From positions 49,476,001-49,540,000 of the forward strand of contig OX597825.1 in assembly GCA_951406725.2 (NCBI GenBank): a DNA stretch of 64,000 nucleotides, in the 5' to 3' direction. Below are positions 41,115 through 54,881 of this stretch, in pieces (position 1 is the stretch's first letter; each line of letters begins with the position of its first letter). This DNA comes from Octopus vulgaris (Eukaryota). Below the pieces are notes generated by a model. It made no database searches. It saw nothing but the letters and a program-made list of their open reading frames with translations, and was not told the DNA's origin. Made by a program: the position numbers and the translations under genes.

Positions 41115-41600
41115 ATTGGTACAGGACGTCACCAACTTTGTAAACAACATAATGTACTGAAACAAATGATTTTAATACGCAAACAAGGGAAAGATCGAAA
41201 ACAAGATAAATAACACGGAGGACGACACTTCATCAGTTGTCGGCTGTCTATCTACTCCTCATTTCGAGCATTCAGCGAGAATATGAAATTTCAATGACAG
41301 ATACTCCCATAAATTCAAAAATAAAATTTTGGATTTTTGGAGAGTCAAAGATGGAAACATAAACAGGACAGAAGAGAAATACAAGGAAACTGGACGAAAA
41401 CGAAGATGAAGTATCGTTAGACCAGAACGAGAGGAAAATAGTGAATGTTAGGAGAAATATTCTCTTTGAAAAACAAAAAAGATAGAAGAGGGAGATAGAA
41501 GACGTCCAATCCTTAGAACGTCGTGCAGGAAAAGAAAGAAGTTCATGGGAGGAAAAGAAAGATGGGCGATGGTCACTTGTGAGCAACGAGGGAGAGAGAA
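41115..41600 (-). repeat. Interspersed repeat family A, second copy
   Basis: Homologous to 32975-33330 and adjacent to a (TA)n(TG)n tract. Confidence 0.85.
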
Positions 41601-42599
41601 AAAGAGAAAGAGGGGAGTGAGAGATAGAAAACGTTGAAGGGGAGAAAAAGTAAATTAGAAAAGAATGGGGAAGAAAACAGCATAGAGTAGAATGTCATCA
41701 TATTTATTTGTGTGTGAGTGGAGTGTTTGTGTGTGTGTGTGTGCCTGTGTGTGTGACTGTTTGTGTGTGTATGTATGTGTGCCTGTGTGTTGCTGCGTAC
41801 CTTAGTGGTTAGAGAATTACATTCACGATCGTAATATTGTAATGACAACTCGGCATCGTCTCCTCAGCGACCTATATATACACCACAGTATCAAAGAAAG
41901 CTGAGTCAAATGCTAGGACTCGATAAGGATTTTTGATCGATTTTATAGATTTCGAGACGGTATGAAAGAGACACAAACTTATCGAGAGCTAAACTATTCT
42001 TATATAGATCCCCTGACATTCCTGGAATTTAGATTTTAATCTAAAGAGTGGGACAATCTCAGTTTACTGTAGTTTCTCGGTGCATTATATCAGATATCCG
42101 TGATAGTACCGTATGTGTGTATAATATGTCAGTGTCCTTTTTAAAATATTCTCTTTCCGTCCTAATATTGATATGCATTATCTTTATAATTCCCATATAT
42201 CTCTCTTCCCTTTTCTCTCTCTCTCCATATGCGTATATGTATGTATGTATATATATGTATATATGTACGTGTGTGCAGGTGCGTGCGTGTGTGTGTGTAT
42301 GTATGTATATATATATGTATAAATATATATGTATATATATGTGTGTGTGTGTGTGTATGCATGCATGTATGTGCCTCTTATGTATTTCCTCATTTAAATT
42401 CTTCATCTGAAGAAGGGGCTGTTTTTTTTAGCAAATGCAAAGTTCCATCTTTGGAATGTGGATAATAAAAACCATATCAAATTTTAAACCCCAAGAAAAT
42501 TCTTGCATGGTTTTAGTGTTCCACTTGTATTTCCAATATGCGAATCAGTTGGTTGATTTCTATAACTTTTATCGTTCTAACTTACTTCTGTTGTTTACA

Positions 42600-43030
42600 G
42601 CAGTGCTTGGAAAGAAGGTGTGTATCGTGTGATAGTCACATTGACAATGGTTGAGAAAGTTGAGCAGAAAATCTGCCTCAAATTGTGCTAAAAGCTTGGC
42701 GATGTCTGATTAGAGGCCTACAGCAACTTTTCGAAAAGTCTTCGTTGTTCTTGATACAATCAAGGAGATCTTGTGCAACTGAAACTCGAGTGTCCTTTTG
42801 GTTAGCTGAAGTAGTTTGGGCACAAAATTAGCAGACACGTGTCTCATACCCAAATCGTCAGTGATAATGGACTGGACTAAACCTTAACTAACCTGGCCAT
42901 CCTCTGATAACTCACGGATGGTGATTCGGCGATTTCCACTCACAGTTGCATGAACATCTGCGATGTTTTTCACAGGACTGTTGATTGCAGGTCTCCCAGA
43001 TTATTCGTTACTATCAACAATTTTCGGCCA
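42600..43030. mobile_element. Rearranged mariner relic (plus-strand start joined to a minus-strand middle)
   Basis: Plus strand MVEKVEQKICLKLC*KLG from 42647. Minus strand NRRITIRELSED...SIITDDLGMRHVSANFVPKLL at ~42810-42965. Confidence 0.75.
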
Positions 43031-43280
43031 TCTAATATACTAATATACTTAAATTTAACAGGTTAGTTTGTTTGTAATCGGTAACACACTTAGTCGCGTA
43101 AATAAAGGGATGTGTGTTCGTCTCCCACACATATGTTTCTTCATTGTCGAGGGATTACATTCCCCATTAATAGACTATTTTTGTTAGTCATTGCGCGGTA
43201 ATCGCTATCAGCTTTAATCGTATAAAATGCTACTATTATTATTTACAGAATTGTAAAACTCGACATTACTTAATAAAACC

Positions 43281-43312
<32 letters not shown>

Positions 43313-44653
43313 CACCTTATACATATATCTGTGAATGTGCATATTATGCATGTTTATATGTATTTATTATTAGAATGTATGTGTTATGTAATCCTTTAAG
43401 GTACCTAAAGTGAATGCAAGTTTACCGAGTCTCACAATCAAAAATGAGATTACAGGAAATGTTGTAAGAAAACCAGAGAAACATTTTTTTTTAATGGATG
43501 GCGGAAAGTACTACATCATTTCTGTGGTTAAGATGTTTTCCTCTAACACATCACTTATACATTTGGTACAGAGTTTCGTGAAATTTTGTTGCTGAAAAAT
43601 GTCTGCGACATATTCAGCAACTGAAACAATAAGACAGGATGTAATAACCATGGGTAATGCCTGAGAAAGAAGAAAATGGAAAACGTTTGCCAACGATATG
43701 AAAAATATTACTCTTTGAAAATATGTTATGTGATATCTTATGAAGAATATTCATACAATAACATAACGTTTGGAGTAATATGTATACGTTTTTTAAATAT
43801 GTCAAATGTGTTTTACATCTTTAGTGAAACATGGTCATTTCTGAAACTTTTCTTTCATGTGATACACATTCAATATTATATTATGGTGTCTAGCTGTAGT
43901 TACATGTTATATAATACCATTTATTGCATTGCTGTCTCTATCTCTATCTTTCTGTTTATCATATAACCACATGGTGAAGCATAACCTTTTTGGAACTGAT
44001 GATGTCTTGAACTAAGTGAAATATATCCATTAGGATTCCAAGAAATAAATACTACTAACAATATAAGAAAAAAGTAGCATGGAATGGCTACTTGCATAGA
44101 TATCCATGTCTAACACATGGCAATTATGGGAGGAGTCTTCATTTAAAAATCACATAACATCGCATACGAACTGATTATTTGTGCGACTCTCCTGTTACAG
44201 ACATTAGTTAAACGTGTCACATATGAAAACAAAAAAAGCGAAATATGGAATTTAACAAATAACTGAGAGACAATAATAGTAATCTGGAGAAAAACAATTG
44301 AGAGATGTTCAATTATATATAATATACAACGTAGTCCATGGAATATAGTTTTGTAATGTATCGTAAAAGTTACTAGAATATCTAAGTGTATTGGCATTAC
44401 TATACTCCAAATGAGCATACGTCTGATATTGGTGATTGTAGATTGTTTTGGAATTAATATAAACTATGAAATGCACTTTTACTTTTGCCTATATCTACCT
44501 AGTTATATATTTCCATGGACGTTTGTGTTTGTATATAAGCGTGTGTGTATACACACACACACACACACACACACATACACATATATATATATATACACAC
44601 ACATATATATATATATATATAAGTGTGTATATGCATATACACACATATATATA

Positions 44654-45285
44654 CAGAGTGCGTAACATATTTGAGGACAGTTTTATGTTTATAAAAAAAA
44701 CAGATATATAATCACAAATAATAACATTATTTATCAAAAACTGCTATGAGGAGAAAAATAAACCTTCGTTTCTATAATGTTATTCAATAAAGCCACCTTC
44801 AGTTTTAACAACAGGTTCTATAAGAGATCCAAATCATCTACATGCTCGAATCAAGTGACCCTGCTCCATTTTGGATATCACTCTGACTATAGCAGCTTTC
44901 AAAGAATTTTTGGTGTTATGGACGTGTTCATTGACCTCTCTCTTAATAACGCTCCGCATGTAAAAGTCCACTGGATTGAGATCAGGGAAATTATTAGCCC
45001 AAATGTTAGGAGCTATGCGATCATGAAAATTTTCAACAATCTATTCCTGTGTTACTAGAGCCATCTCTGACAGTGCAGACTCTTATTGAAACACACATAG
45101 CCTTCTATTGCATACACTGTCTATTCAGGGCTTACCAAATATTTCCAGGACCTCAATGTAGGCAGCAGAGTTAACTCTAAGGGCTCGTGGAAAGATGTAA
45201 CGAGGCATCACATGCCCTTCATTGCTGACAACACCTAAAACCATGACAGTTACAGGAAATTTTCGTGGACAACATTTCTGATTGT
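44654..45285 (-). mobile_element. Tc1/mariner (maT/DD37D-like) 3' relic
   Basis: Minus-strand PVTVMVLGVVSNEGHVMP.YIFP..LRVNSAAYIEVLE and FPDLNPVDFYM, with a terminal ta-CAG(A)GTG at ~44652. Confidence 0.75.
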
Positions 45286-45339
45286 TCCTTCCGACACATG
45301 GGAATATTGTGTAATTGACCTTATGAACTTTCATTGTTC

Positions 45340-45545
45340 GACCTCGAACCCACAAGTGTAAACAAGAGAGACAGAGAAAGGCAGAAACAAGGAAAATGCC
45401 ACTTATATTTGAACACTATACAAATATTCTTTTAAAAAACCTTTCTTTTAATTTTTCTAAATTTAATTATTTAATCGTTACAGTTGAAAAGGTCTCAAAT
45501 GACTGAAACCGGTACTGAAATGTTGTTTATAAAATTATTTTAACA
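45340..45545 (+). repeat. Second copy of the 12447 repeat; hammerhead-like motif at 45481-45517
   Basis: cag-TTGAAAA-ggtc-tcaaat-gact-GAAAC-cg-GTA-ctg. Confidence 0.85.
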
Positions 45546-45562
45546 TTTTCTATCTTGACTTG

Positions 45563-45644
<82 letters not shown>

Positions 45645-45679
45645 TATATAACTATATACATTCAGGGTTAAACTTATTA

Positions 45680-46518
45680 AATGCTAACCACTAGTACAAT
45701 TTGTACTAGTGGTTAACATTCGTAACAAAAGTTAGAAGACGTAAATATCTCTCCGGCGATTCTATTGACGAGCAACAAATGGTTAATTAATCAATTAATT
45801 GATTTATTTGATTATTAATGGTGAAACCCATGGGTATAATTGTGAAACTCATGGGTATATTTTTATTCATTCAAGTGTCCAGCTTACTTACATGTAACGT
45901 GCTATAAGAATGGTTTTTCGTGGTTGTGATTTGACTGCTCTCTCTAGCTTGCAAGAAGTCCACATGGTTGTCTTCTCTCCGTATATAAATTCTTATACAC
46001 TATTGTATTATAAAGATATTTATGTCTTCTATCTTTTATTACGCACGCTAACCACTGACATAAAATTATTAATTTAATATTTTTACCCTGTATTTATATA
46101 GTTATATACTTAAATTCTTCGGACAGATAATACACGGTTGAATTTATTCACTGCTGTACTACTCTGACTCGGCACTTTCGTTGATGGCGTACGATTTGAA
46201 TTCTTGAAGTATAAAGATGGAACTAAATGCACATGTGTTTACTTTATGCTTTCGGTAGTTTCATAATTATACATTCTTCAGCGACGCTACTGACGAGCCA
46301 TAGACGCTTAATTAATGAATTAATTGACTAATTAATTGATTTATTTGATTATTAATGGGGAAACTCATTGGTGTAGATTTAACTGATATTTTTATTCCTT
46401 GAAGTGTCCATCTCGCTTACAAGCAAAGTGCTCTTTTCGTTGTTTGGGATTTGACTGCCTTTCTAGCATGTAAGAAGTCCACGTGGTGCTCTTCTCTCCG
46501 TGTATAAACTGTCATACC

Positions 46519-46523
<5 letters not shown>
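45680..46523 (+). mobile_element. PLE pseudo-LTR/retrozyme-like unit: 5' hairpin plus two diverged direct repeats (45745-46003 and 46272-46523), each with a hammerhead-like motif
   Basis: Shared attgatttatttgattattaatgg(t/g)gaaac, aagtgtcca, gatttgactgc, aagaagtccac and cttctctccgt. Consensus motif cta-CTGACGA-gccat...atgg-GAAAC-ccatgg-GTA-tag. (TA)n on both sides. Confidence 0.7.
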
Positions 46524-46568
<45 letters not shown>

Positions 46569-46606
46569 TTACATATATATATACATATATATATAAATAA
46601 AATATA

Positions 46607-47512
46607 TGCATACATACATACATATATGTACGTACCTACATCTACATGTATATATACATGCATATATAAATATATATACGTGAGTACAGGACACCACAAA
46701 TAGACGTAGAACTCAACGAGAAACGAAAACGTAAAAACAAACATGGAAACGGACTTTTTTTTAACAACGAAAAAACAGAGTACAAGACAAACAACACAAG
46801 GAAAATTCCCCTTCATCAGCTGTCCCTAGTTCAACTCCATGCGTGTTTCGAAGGTAAGGACAGAACACGACTCGTCTAACTAGCCCTTCCTGCGAAAGAA
46901 TTAAATAAAATTCCTTTGCAGAGGGGTAAAAACAAAGAAAGAAAAAAGTGTGACAAAAACAGGACGTAAAAACAATACAAATAAAAATACAAGTAAAAGA
47001 AACAAGTACAAAATAAAAATACAAATACAAAAAAATACAGTACAAGAAATAAAAACAAATATGGAAACAAACAATGAGGGCCTTTTTTAGCCTAGACGAG
47101 GAAAAATTCAAGAGCGCAGGAAAAAAGCGTGTTCACTTGTAGGAGGCCGCCAGCGAAAGGAAGTTGGTCGACCCGGCTGTGAGAGAGATGAGGAGGAGTG
47201 AGAGAGAGAAAGATAGAGAGGAAAGGAAACCAGAAAAGGTGAAAAATAAGAAGGAGAGAGACAGGCAAAGAGGAAGACAGATAGGAAGGGAGGGAAGATC
47301 AAGCAAAGGGTTATAGAGTTTCGCGTCATAATTATATATAAAAAGTTACTTGGAGAACAGAAAGGAAACGAAACGACGCGAGGGCGCTCCGTCATGCAAT
47401 TTAATAAATAAAATACCTGCTTACATACATACATATATGTACGTACCTACATCTACATGTATATATACATGCATATATAAATATGTATACGTGAGTACAG
47501 GACACAACAAAT
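46607..47512 (-). mobile_element. Repeat family B with ~90-bp direct terminal repeats and a permuted hammerhead-like motif
   Basis: tacatacatatatgtacgtacctacatctacatgtatatatacatgcatatataaatat(a/g)tatacgtgagtacaggacac occurs at ~46611-46700 and ~47422-47512. The interior is non-coding and purine-rich. Confidence 0.75.
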
Positions 47513-49452
47513 CTAGAGTAGAAGTCATCTGCGTATTTGTGTATTGCCATTTTATTATTGCATGTGAATAGTTCAATATTTCGATATCATTTGTAATTAT
47601 ATTTATTTTATTTATAATATCTTAATTTCATAAATAATTTGAATATATAAGTTTATAATATTAACCGAACTGATCTCCCATTTATCACATTACAGTTTCT
47701 GGATGGATACAATTACCAGTTTCCAGAGATTGTATCCCTCATTATAAATATATAGTCTGGCACAGAAATACCAATTCTCCAGCTACAGATATCTAATGGA
47801 TTAAATATCATTTAGAACAAACTCCTTCGACTGTTTTAATAGGTATCTAGTGCAGACATCAACATTTATAAATCGATAAATCGACATTTATAAACCCGGA
47901 TACAATATTTCATTTAATGTTATCAAATATCCTTACACTATCTGTTAATTAATGTGTCATATTTCTCCCCCTTCTGTGTGATATGGTTGACATATGCTGG
48001 CTCTCTTTAATAGACTAGCATTATGACTGTAATAGAGAGCTTAGTATTTTCTTAGTGTACACTTGTAAGCCACGCAGAATTATTGAATTGAAGGTTATGG
48101 CAAATAGCCTCTTTTTCATGCCAGGCTAAACGGCAATAACAACGTTATATAACAAGGAATGTTATTTTCATTAAGACAATGCATAGTTAATAGAGCTACA
48201 TTTTACAGTGTAAGTTTCCTGTGGCATCATTGCTCTCTTTCGTTTCACTCTAAACGCTCAAAGTAAAAACAGCCATTTCTAGCCCCTTTTTGGTAACTTC
48301 ACACATTCTAATCTAAAGATTACACGTGTGGGTCATTAGCAAAATATATGTTTCTTGTTGTGTTTCAAACACAACTTTAATTCATGTATAGGCATGTATA
48401 ACATGTATCGAGCTCAGCTGGAACAATATATTAATATAGCTTGAACGTGTGTATTACAGTATTAAGAATGAGAACATATATCCCTTTGGAACTCTCTTAA
48501 GTATCGATATCAAGTGTGTTAACGTAGGAGGAAAGCCACACAACATATTGACTACTCGATTTGCCTTTCCATGTTTGTTAGTACACCCACATTGCATTCA
48601 GTTACTAAAATATTTAATTTCTGTAATTTTGTTATCACCAATGTTTATCAAGTGTTTACAATTACAGAATAAATTATTTTAAAACTATTCCAGCAATTAA
48701 GGAGTTACTTATGACAGTTAAACATAATGCACTAAATGCTTTCTTTTTTATCTCATAACGTACTAAATTATTCAGGATATGAAGCTAATTTACTATCCTA
48801 TCAATTAGTTATCCTGTACATTACTCGATACAGTTAAAATAGGAAATGGAAAAGCTATGAATTACTGAGAATTTAAATTTAACTTGATTAGATATCTTCA
48901 ATATATCTTAGAAGGTGTTGAATTATCAGTATTCAAGAATTGCTACTTTGGATATCGCTAAGTTGTATAATTGAAATTGGAGTTTGTAGCAGCAACTTCA
49001 AAGAAGATAAAAGAAAATGAAGAAAATTTCTGAATGATAAGCACATTTCATGTTGACAAAAATGTCAAATTGCAATGTAAAATAGAAAAGCACCAAAATT
49101 CTCAAATATTAAAAGTGAAGAATGTTTTTTATAGTCATATAAGTAATGACAAACCTTCGAACATTTAACATATAAACGGGCTTTAAAAGTTCTCTCACTG
49201 TATTCGTATGACATTAACACGCATGAAACTTTAAGTACTATGCAGGAAATTAAACATGTATAACAGAATCATTTATAATGTGTATGATTTCGTTGCGATA
49301 TCCGTAATTACGGAGAGATAGGTGCAGTAACACACATCTTGCAATTTGAAACGTAACATCAAATGATAAACTTACGTTGATGAAATATTAGATGCCCTAC
49401 TTCAAACATATTAGGGAATATACAGGACGACAGATAAATACATTCCTCTTAA

Positions 49453-49960
49453 CGAGAGGTAATATATATCTTAAACTAAACGTGGTTGTTCTGTTAGAAC
49501 AAACTATACTGCAGTAGATATCATGGCAGAAACTCTCATATTGGCTTTTGGTGCGCAATGCACTCTTGTTTATATCGCTAGCGGGTGGAACAATCCCTGA
49601 CATCTCTGGCTCCGAGACCACTAAATCACGGGACTTGGCTCTTCCTTGGTTTTGATAATGATGGACGCTTAACTATTAGAAATAGCAGAGGCTAATTCCA
49701 TCAACTTGCTAGCGATATATGGGAAAACTGCCAGAACAGGCGCTAACGACGGTATTAACCACTGAGCTTGTTAAAAAATGTATATAAGCAATAGAGGCAG
49801 AATTAATACCGAGAGGTAATATTTATTCCCACTTAAACGTCGATGTTCTGTTATAACAAACTATACAGCTGAAGATACCGTGGAAGATGCATATATCGCA
49901 AGCAGGAACATAATTTCCACCATCTCCAGGGCCGAGAGCTTTAGGCCACGTGATTTCGAC
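49453..49960 (+). repeat. Diverged tandem duplication (~357-bp spacing)
   Basis: cgagaggtaatat...taaacgt...tgttctgtta(g/t)aacaaactatac...atatcgc...catctc...ccgaga at 49453-49635 and 49810-49955. Confidence 0.7.
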
Positions 49961-50379
49961 CTTTTTTTGCCTCTTCTGCAACAATTTTTCAATATATGTC
50001 TTTGGTGGCGGCATGAGTCTCTACTAACTCTATCGGTCGAGGTCCATTATTGAGAAGTCAATATCAGAATTTCTCTAATGGAATCTATTACCTTACAGTT
50101 TATTTTAACATAGCATCCACGCTAACGTAGGGATACATATTACCTTTCGCTATTAAAATTGCTCCTGTCGCATTTTGTTTTGTCATTTTGGCTTAAAACA
50201 AAATCAATAACACTTCATGCGCCTACATATAGGTTTACAAAGGCACACACGCATACACTCGCACATGCATATGTGGGTTTGTGTGTATGTGTGTATATGT
50301 GCATATAAGTGTGAAAACTAATGCTGAGACACCCTATGGATATATTTTCAAATATATAATTATCTATATGTACGTGGCT

Positions 50380-50590
50380 TTGTGTCTATTTGTGTCCCCA
50401 TTGCCGCTTCACAACTGATGTTGGTGAGAATACATCCCCTGTATATAGCGGTTCGGCAACAGAGAGACCAATATAATAAGTACCAGGTTTTAAAACACAA
50501 GTGCTGGGGTCGATTCGTTCGAGTAATTTTTTTAAGGTAACACTCCAGGTTGGCCGCAGTCTAATGACTGAAACAAGTAAAAGATATAAA
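50380..50590 (+). mobile_element. SINE 3' half
   Basis: tagcggttcggcaa...aataagtaccagg...ggccgcagtctaatgactgaaacaagtaaaaga. Confidence 0.8.
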
Positions 50591-51859
50591 GATGTATATT
50601 ACCAAGCTAAGGGTGAAATTGGGTGACATTTTACTACTGATTGTATCAGGCAATGTAAATATGAGAAGATTCACTTTTCCAATATTTTCTCTACGTTTTG
50701 AATATAGTTGTGGCAATCATTGTTTGCTATCATCCCCGCACATCACTTTCTGCTTGAAATACTATAAACCAGCTCTAATTACAATTCTTTGTTTCCTAGC
50801 AACCCCAAGAAAAGATGGCGAAATCGCTCTTGTGCGGACTGGATCCTGGGTGAATAGAAAAACTTTTATAGTTTTCTTTCCATAATACTCATTAATTATT
50901 TTAATCATTTTTCATAATAATAGTAATAAAACATTCCATTTCTATTTTTTCCATAATTATTGTGTATGTTGTTTGTCACTATGGTAATAGAACAGTGCAA
51001 CGTCAATCTGACAACCGTGTTTTGTTATACTGAAACAAAACAAAAATTGCACTATATATTGTATGCAGCTGTGTTGCAGGACATAGCAAAGAAATAAAAT
51101 AAAATGGAGATTGGAAAAATGAACTCAAAAATATGAGTGAGATATGGAAAAATATTTACCCATGTATCAAAGTGAAATTAAGTGAATCAATTTATCTCTT
51201 CAGGAAATTATAATAAATTGCTGAAAATGAATTAAAAAAGAAATGAAGCATTATATGTAACTAGAGTTGAATAGGTTTCTACATTGACAAATTGTAGCAT
51301 GGTGAGAAAAATATGCTTTAATAAAGTAGCAGAGACGGAAAAGTACACATACACGTACACGCATACGCACACATAAATATTCTTCACATATTTTCACGTG
51401 TACACTAACCCGCACACATATGCATGAATGCACGCACATATACGCATTGCTGTTATTGGGTATATGTGTGTAACTCTTTGCATGTATAGATTTTAAGCAA
51501 ATGTCATAAGTGAGTTCTGATTATAGACACAAAATTAAGGGTTTTGTGAAATTTTGAAATTTTTTACTACACAAGTGCTTCTCTCGGTGGACTAAGAACA
51601 ATCTTTGATGAGAATATGAAAGGTTGTCTGACGCCTGCTTGCAAAAAATAAGTGATGCACTTCTTATATTTAAAATTGAACCCATGTTATATGACATCTA
51701 ACAGAATACCCGTAAAGTTACCTTGCATTTCAACTCATCGTACACATAGTTATCTTTTATACACACACACATTCTCTCTCTCCCATTCACATATACAAAC
51801 ACTTGCGCCTACACACACACACACATGCACACATGACTATATAGTTTATCTATATACAT

Positions 51860-51994
51860 AGGCGCAGACGTGGCTGTTTGGTAAGAACCTTGTTACCTAA
51901 CCATACGTTTCAGAGTACAGTCTCTCTACGTGCCATCTTTTCTACTATAGCCTTGGGCGGATTAAAGCGTGGTGAGTGGATTTAGTTGTCGAAA

Positions 51995-52000
<6 letters not shown>
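51860..52000 (+). mobile_element. SINE 5' half
   Basis: aggcgcagacgtggctgtttggtaag...tctactatagccttggg...gtgagtggattt. Confidence 0.75.
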
Positions 52001-52031
<31 letters not shown>

Positions 52032-52059
52032 TATATAGAGAGAGAGAGAGAGAGAGACT

Positions 52060-53210
52060 GGACAATATTACCTATAAGTGACTAATAATCAAGGAACTCA
52101 ATGCTAAATATAAAATAACCACGAAAAAGAATCTATTGGACACCAACTTATAAATTAAGAAAATTATGATGGAGTATGACTTGGCAGACAGGACTGAACC
52201 CTTAATACCAAATGAACTAAGGACCATAAAAAGAACTTCCAAGATAATCTTGCTGTTATACTAATTTGCCCGACGAAGTCCGATATAGGTTGACTTAGCA
52301 AATCAATTCTGGATACTATAATACCCCGAATAATCCCTAATCTATCTCTCAAACTATGGTTTGATACGGATGAAGTGATATACATCCAGGTAATTATTCG
52401 TTTATTCAATTCTATATTAACAGTTATTATTCTAGTATATATCCTATTCTTCTTAACAAATTTCTAATTTTCGTAAAAAACCTTTCTCTTATAAATGGAC
52501 ATTATTCTTTTAGCTAGGAAACATATCATAGAATTTGAGGGTAAGCTATGGGCAAGGCTCGATACCCCTGTTATTTTCGATATAGCAATGGACTCGAGTG
52601 ATTCGGCTGAAATCACTAACTTAGTTGGTGCATATCTTTTAAGTTGCCTCAAAGGTGAAATCCCTGAATTGGAAGGAGGTTTATATAGAGATGATGCTGT
52701 ATTCATTATCCCTAGCGATAATAAACCGATCATAGAAAGAGTGAGGAAGAGAATTAGAAAAATTTTTTCACAAGCTTCAACTTACTTATTACGTTTGATT
52801 ATGGCACAAAAGTGGAAAATTTCTTAGACACTACACTAGACATTAACTCAGTATTATACCACCCCTATAGGAAACCAGATGAAGATACGAGGTACGTGAA
52901 CAAATTATCAAATCAACCCCTTAATGATTTAAAATCAGTGATTAAAAGTATTTCTATGAGTATTACAAAATTATCAGCGAATAAAGAAATTTTCAGTACC
53001 CATTCCTACCACCATAAATTTGCTTTTTCTAAGGCAGGATTCGACAATGAAATTACTTTTCTTAGTCCTAGAAAAGCATCCAGCAAATCCATCAATTTGA
53101 ATTTAAAAATAAGTAACAGGAAATTAGGTGTTATATCTAGTAGGAATTTTAGTTTAGATAATAAGGGGAGTGAAGGGAATGGACATGTTGCTCTACCCTA
53201 TAAGGATTAG
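52060..53210 (+). mobile_element. Degenerate Penelope-like (Naiad-type) RT
   Basis: KDHKKNF, ICPTKSDIG*LSK, FDIAMDSSDSAEITNLVG, GGLYRDD and FLDTTLD..YHPYRKP; collinear with the ORF at 60914. Confidence 0.85.
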
Positions 53211-53550
53211 AAAAATCCTGGTAAAAGAATCATATCTAATAACCAAGCCACGATTCTGTAAGGCTTTGAGAGAACAGGTAGATTCCGCCCTTACATATAT
53301 ATATATATATGATTGTTGCCATATTAATGAAGCTAAATCCCACATTGTACACCCGCTTGGCACAAATTGACAGTGAATTCTAATGTTCCTTCCAAGCACT
53401 GCTGTAAACAGCTGAAGTGCGGTAGAACTTTAAAAGTTAGTGTGCATGAACATCAGAGGTGATGGTCAGTCGTTGCCAAACGGCTTCACTCTGCGTGCCT
53501 TAGCTGCATTACTATGCCAACAGTCCAGGTACTTAGTCCTGTATATGTAT

Positions 53551-54532
<982 letters not shown>

Positions 54533-54535
54533 ATA

Positions 54536-54626
<91 letters not shown>

Positions 54627-54636
54627 AAGTGTGTGT

Positions 54637-54855
54637 GGTGGCGCAATGGCCCAGTGTTTAGGGCAGTGGACTCGCCCTCGAAGGGTCGCGGTTTCGATTC
54701 CCAAACCGGGCCTTGTGAGTGTTTATTGAGCAAAAACACCTAAAAGCTCCACGAGCCTGCGGCAGGGGTGGCGTCATTCCAAGGCTAAAACAATGCGAAC
54801 GCATTGTGACCAGCGATGTGTAACAACATCTGATGGTGTGGTCGGTCACGTGATA
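54637..54855 (+). mobile_element. tRNA-derived SINE (third family)
   Basis: A box TGGCCCAGTG, B box GGTTTCGATTCC, then ttgagcaaaaacacct; embedded in microsatellite. Confidence 0.8.
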
Positions 54856-54881
54856 TATGTATATATATATATATGAATTAA

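Noticed and set aside
42406-42510. cat-CTGAAGA-agggg...cccc-aa-GAAAA...atg possible long-stem hammerhead
   Set aside because: Stem II register and helix III are too degenerate, and there is no second copy for support.
43996-44025. CTGATGA...GAAA spacing
   Set aside because: No stem II pairing; likely chance.
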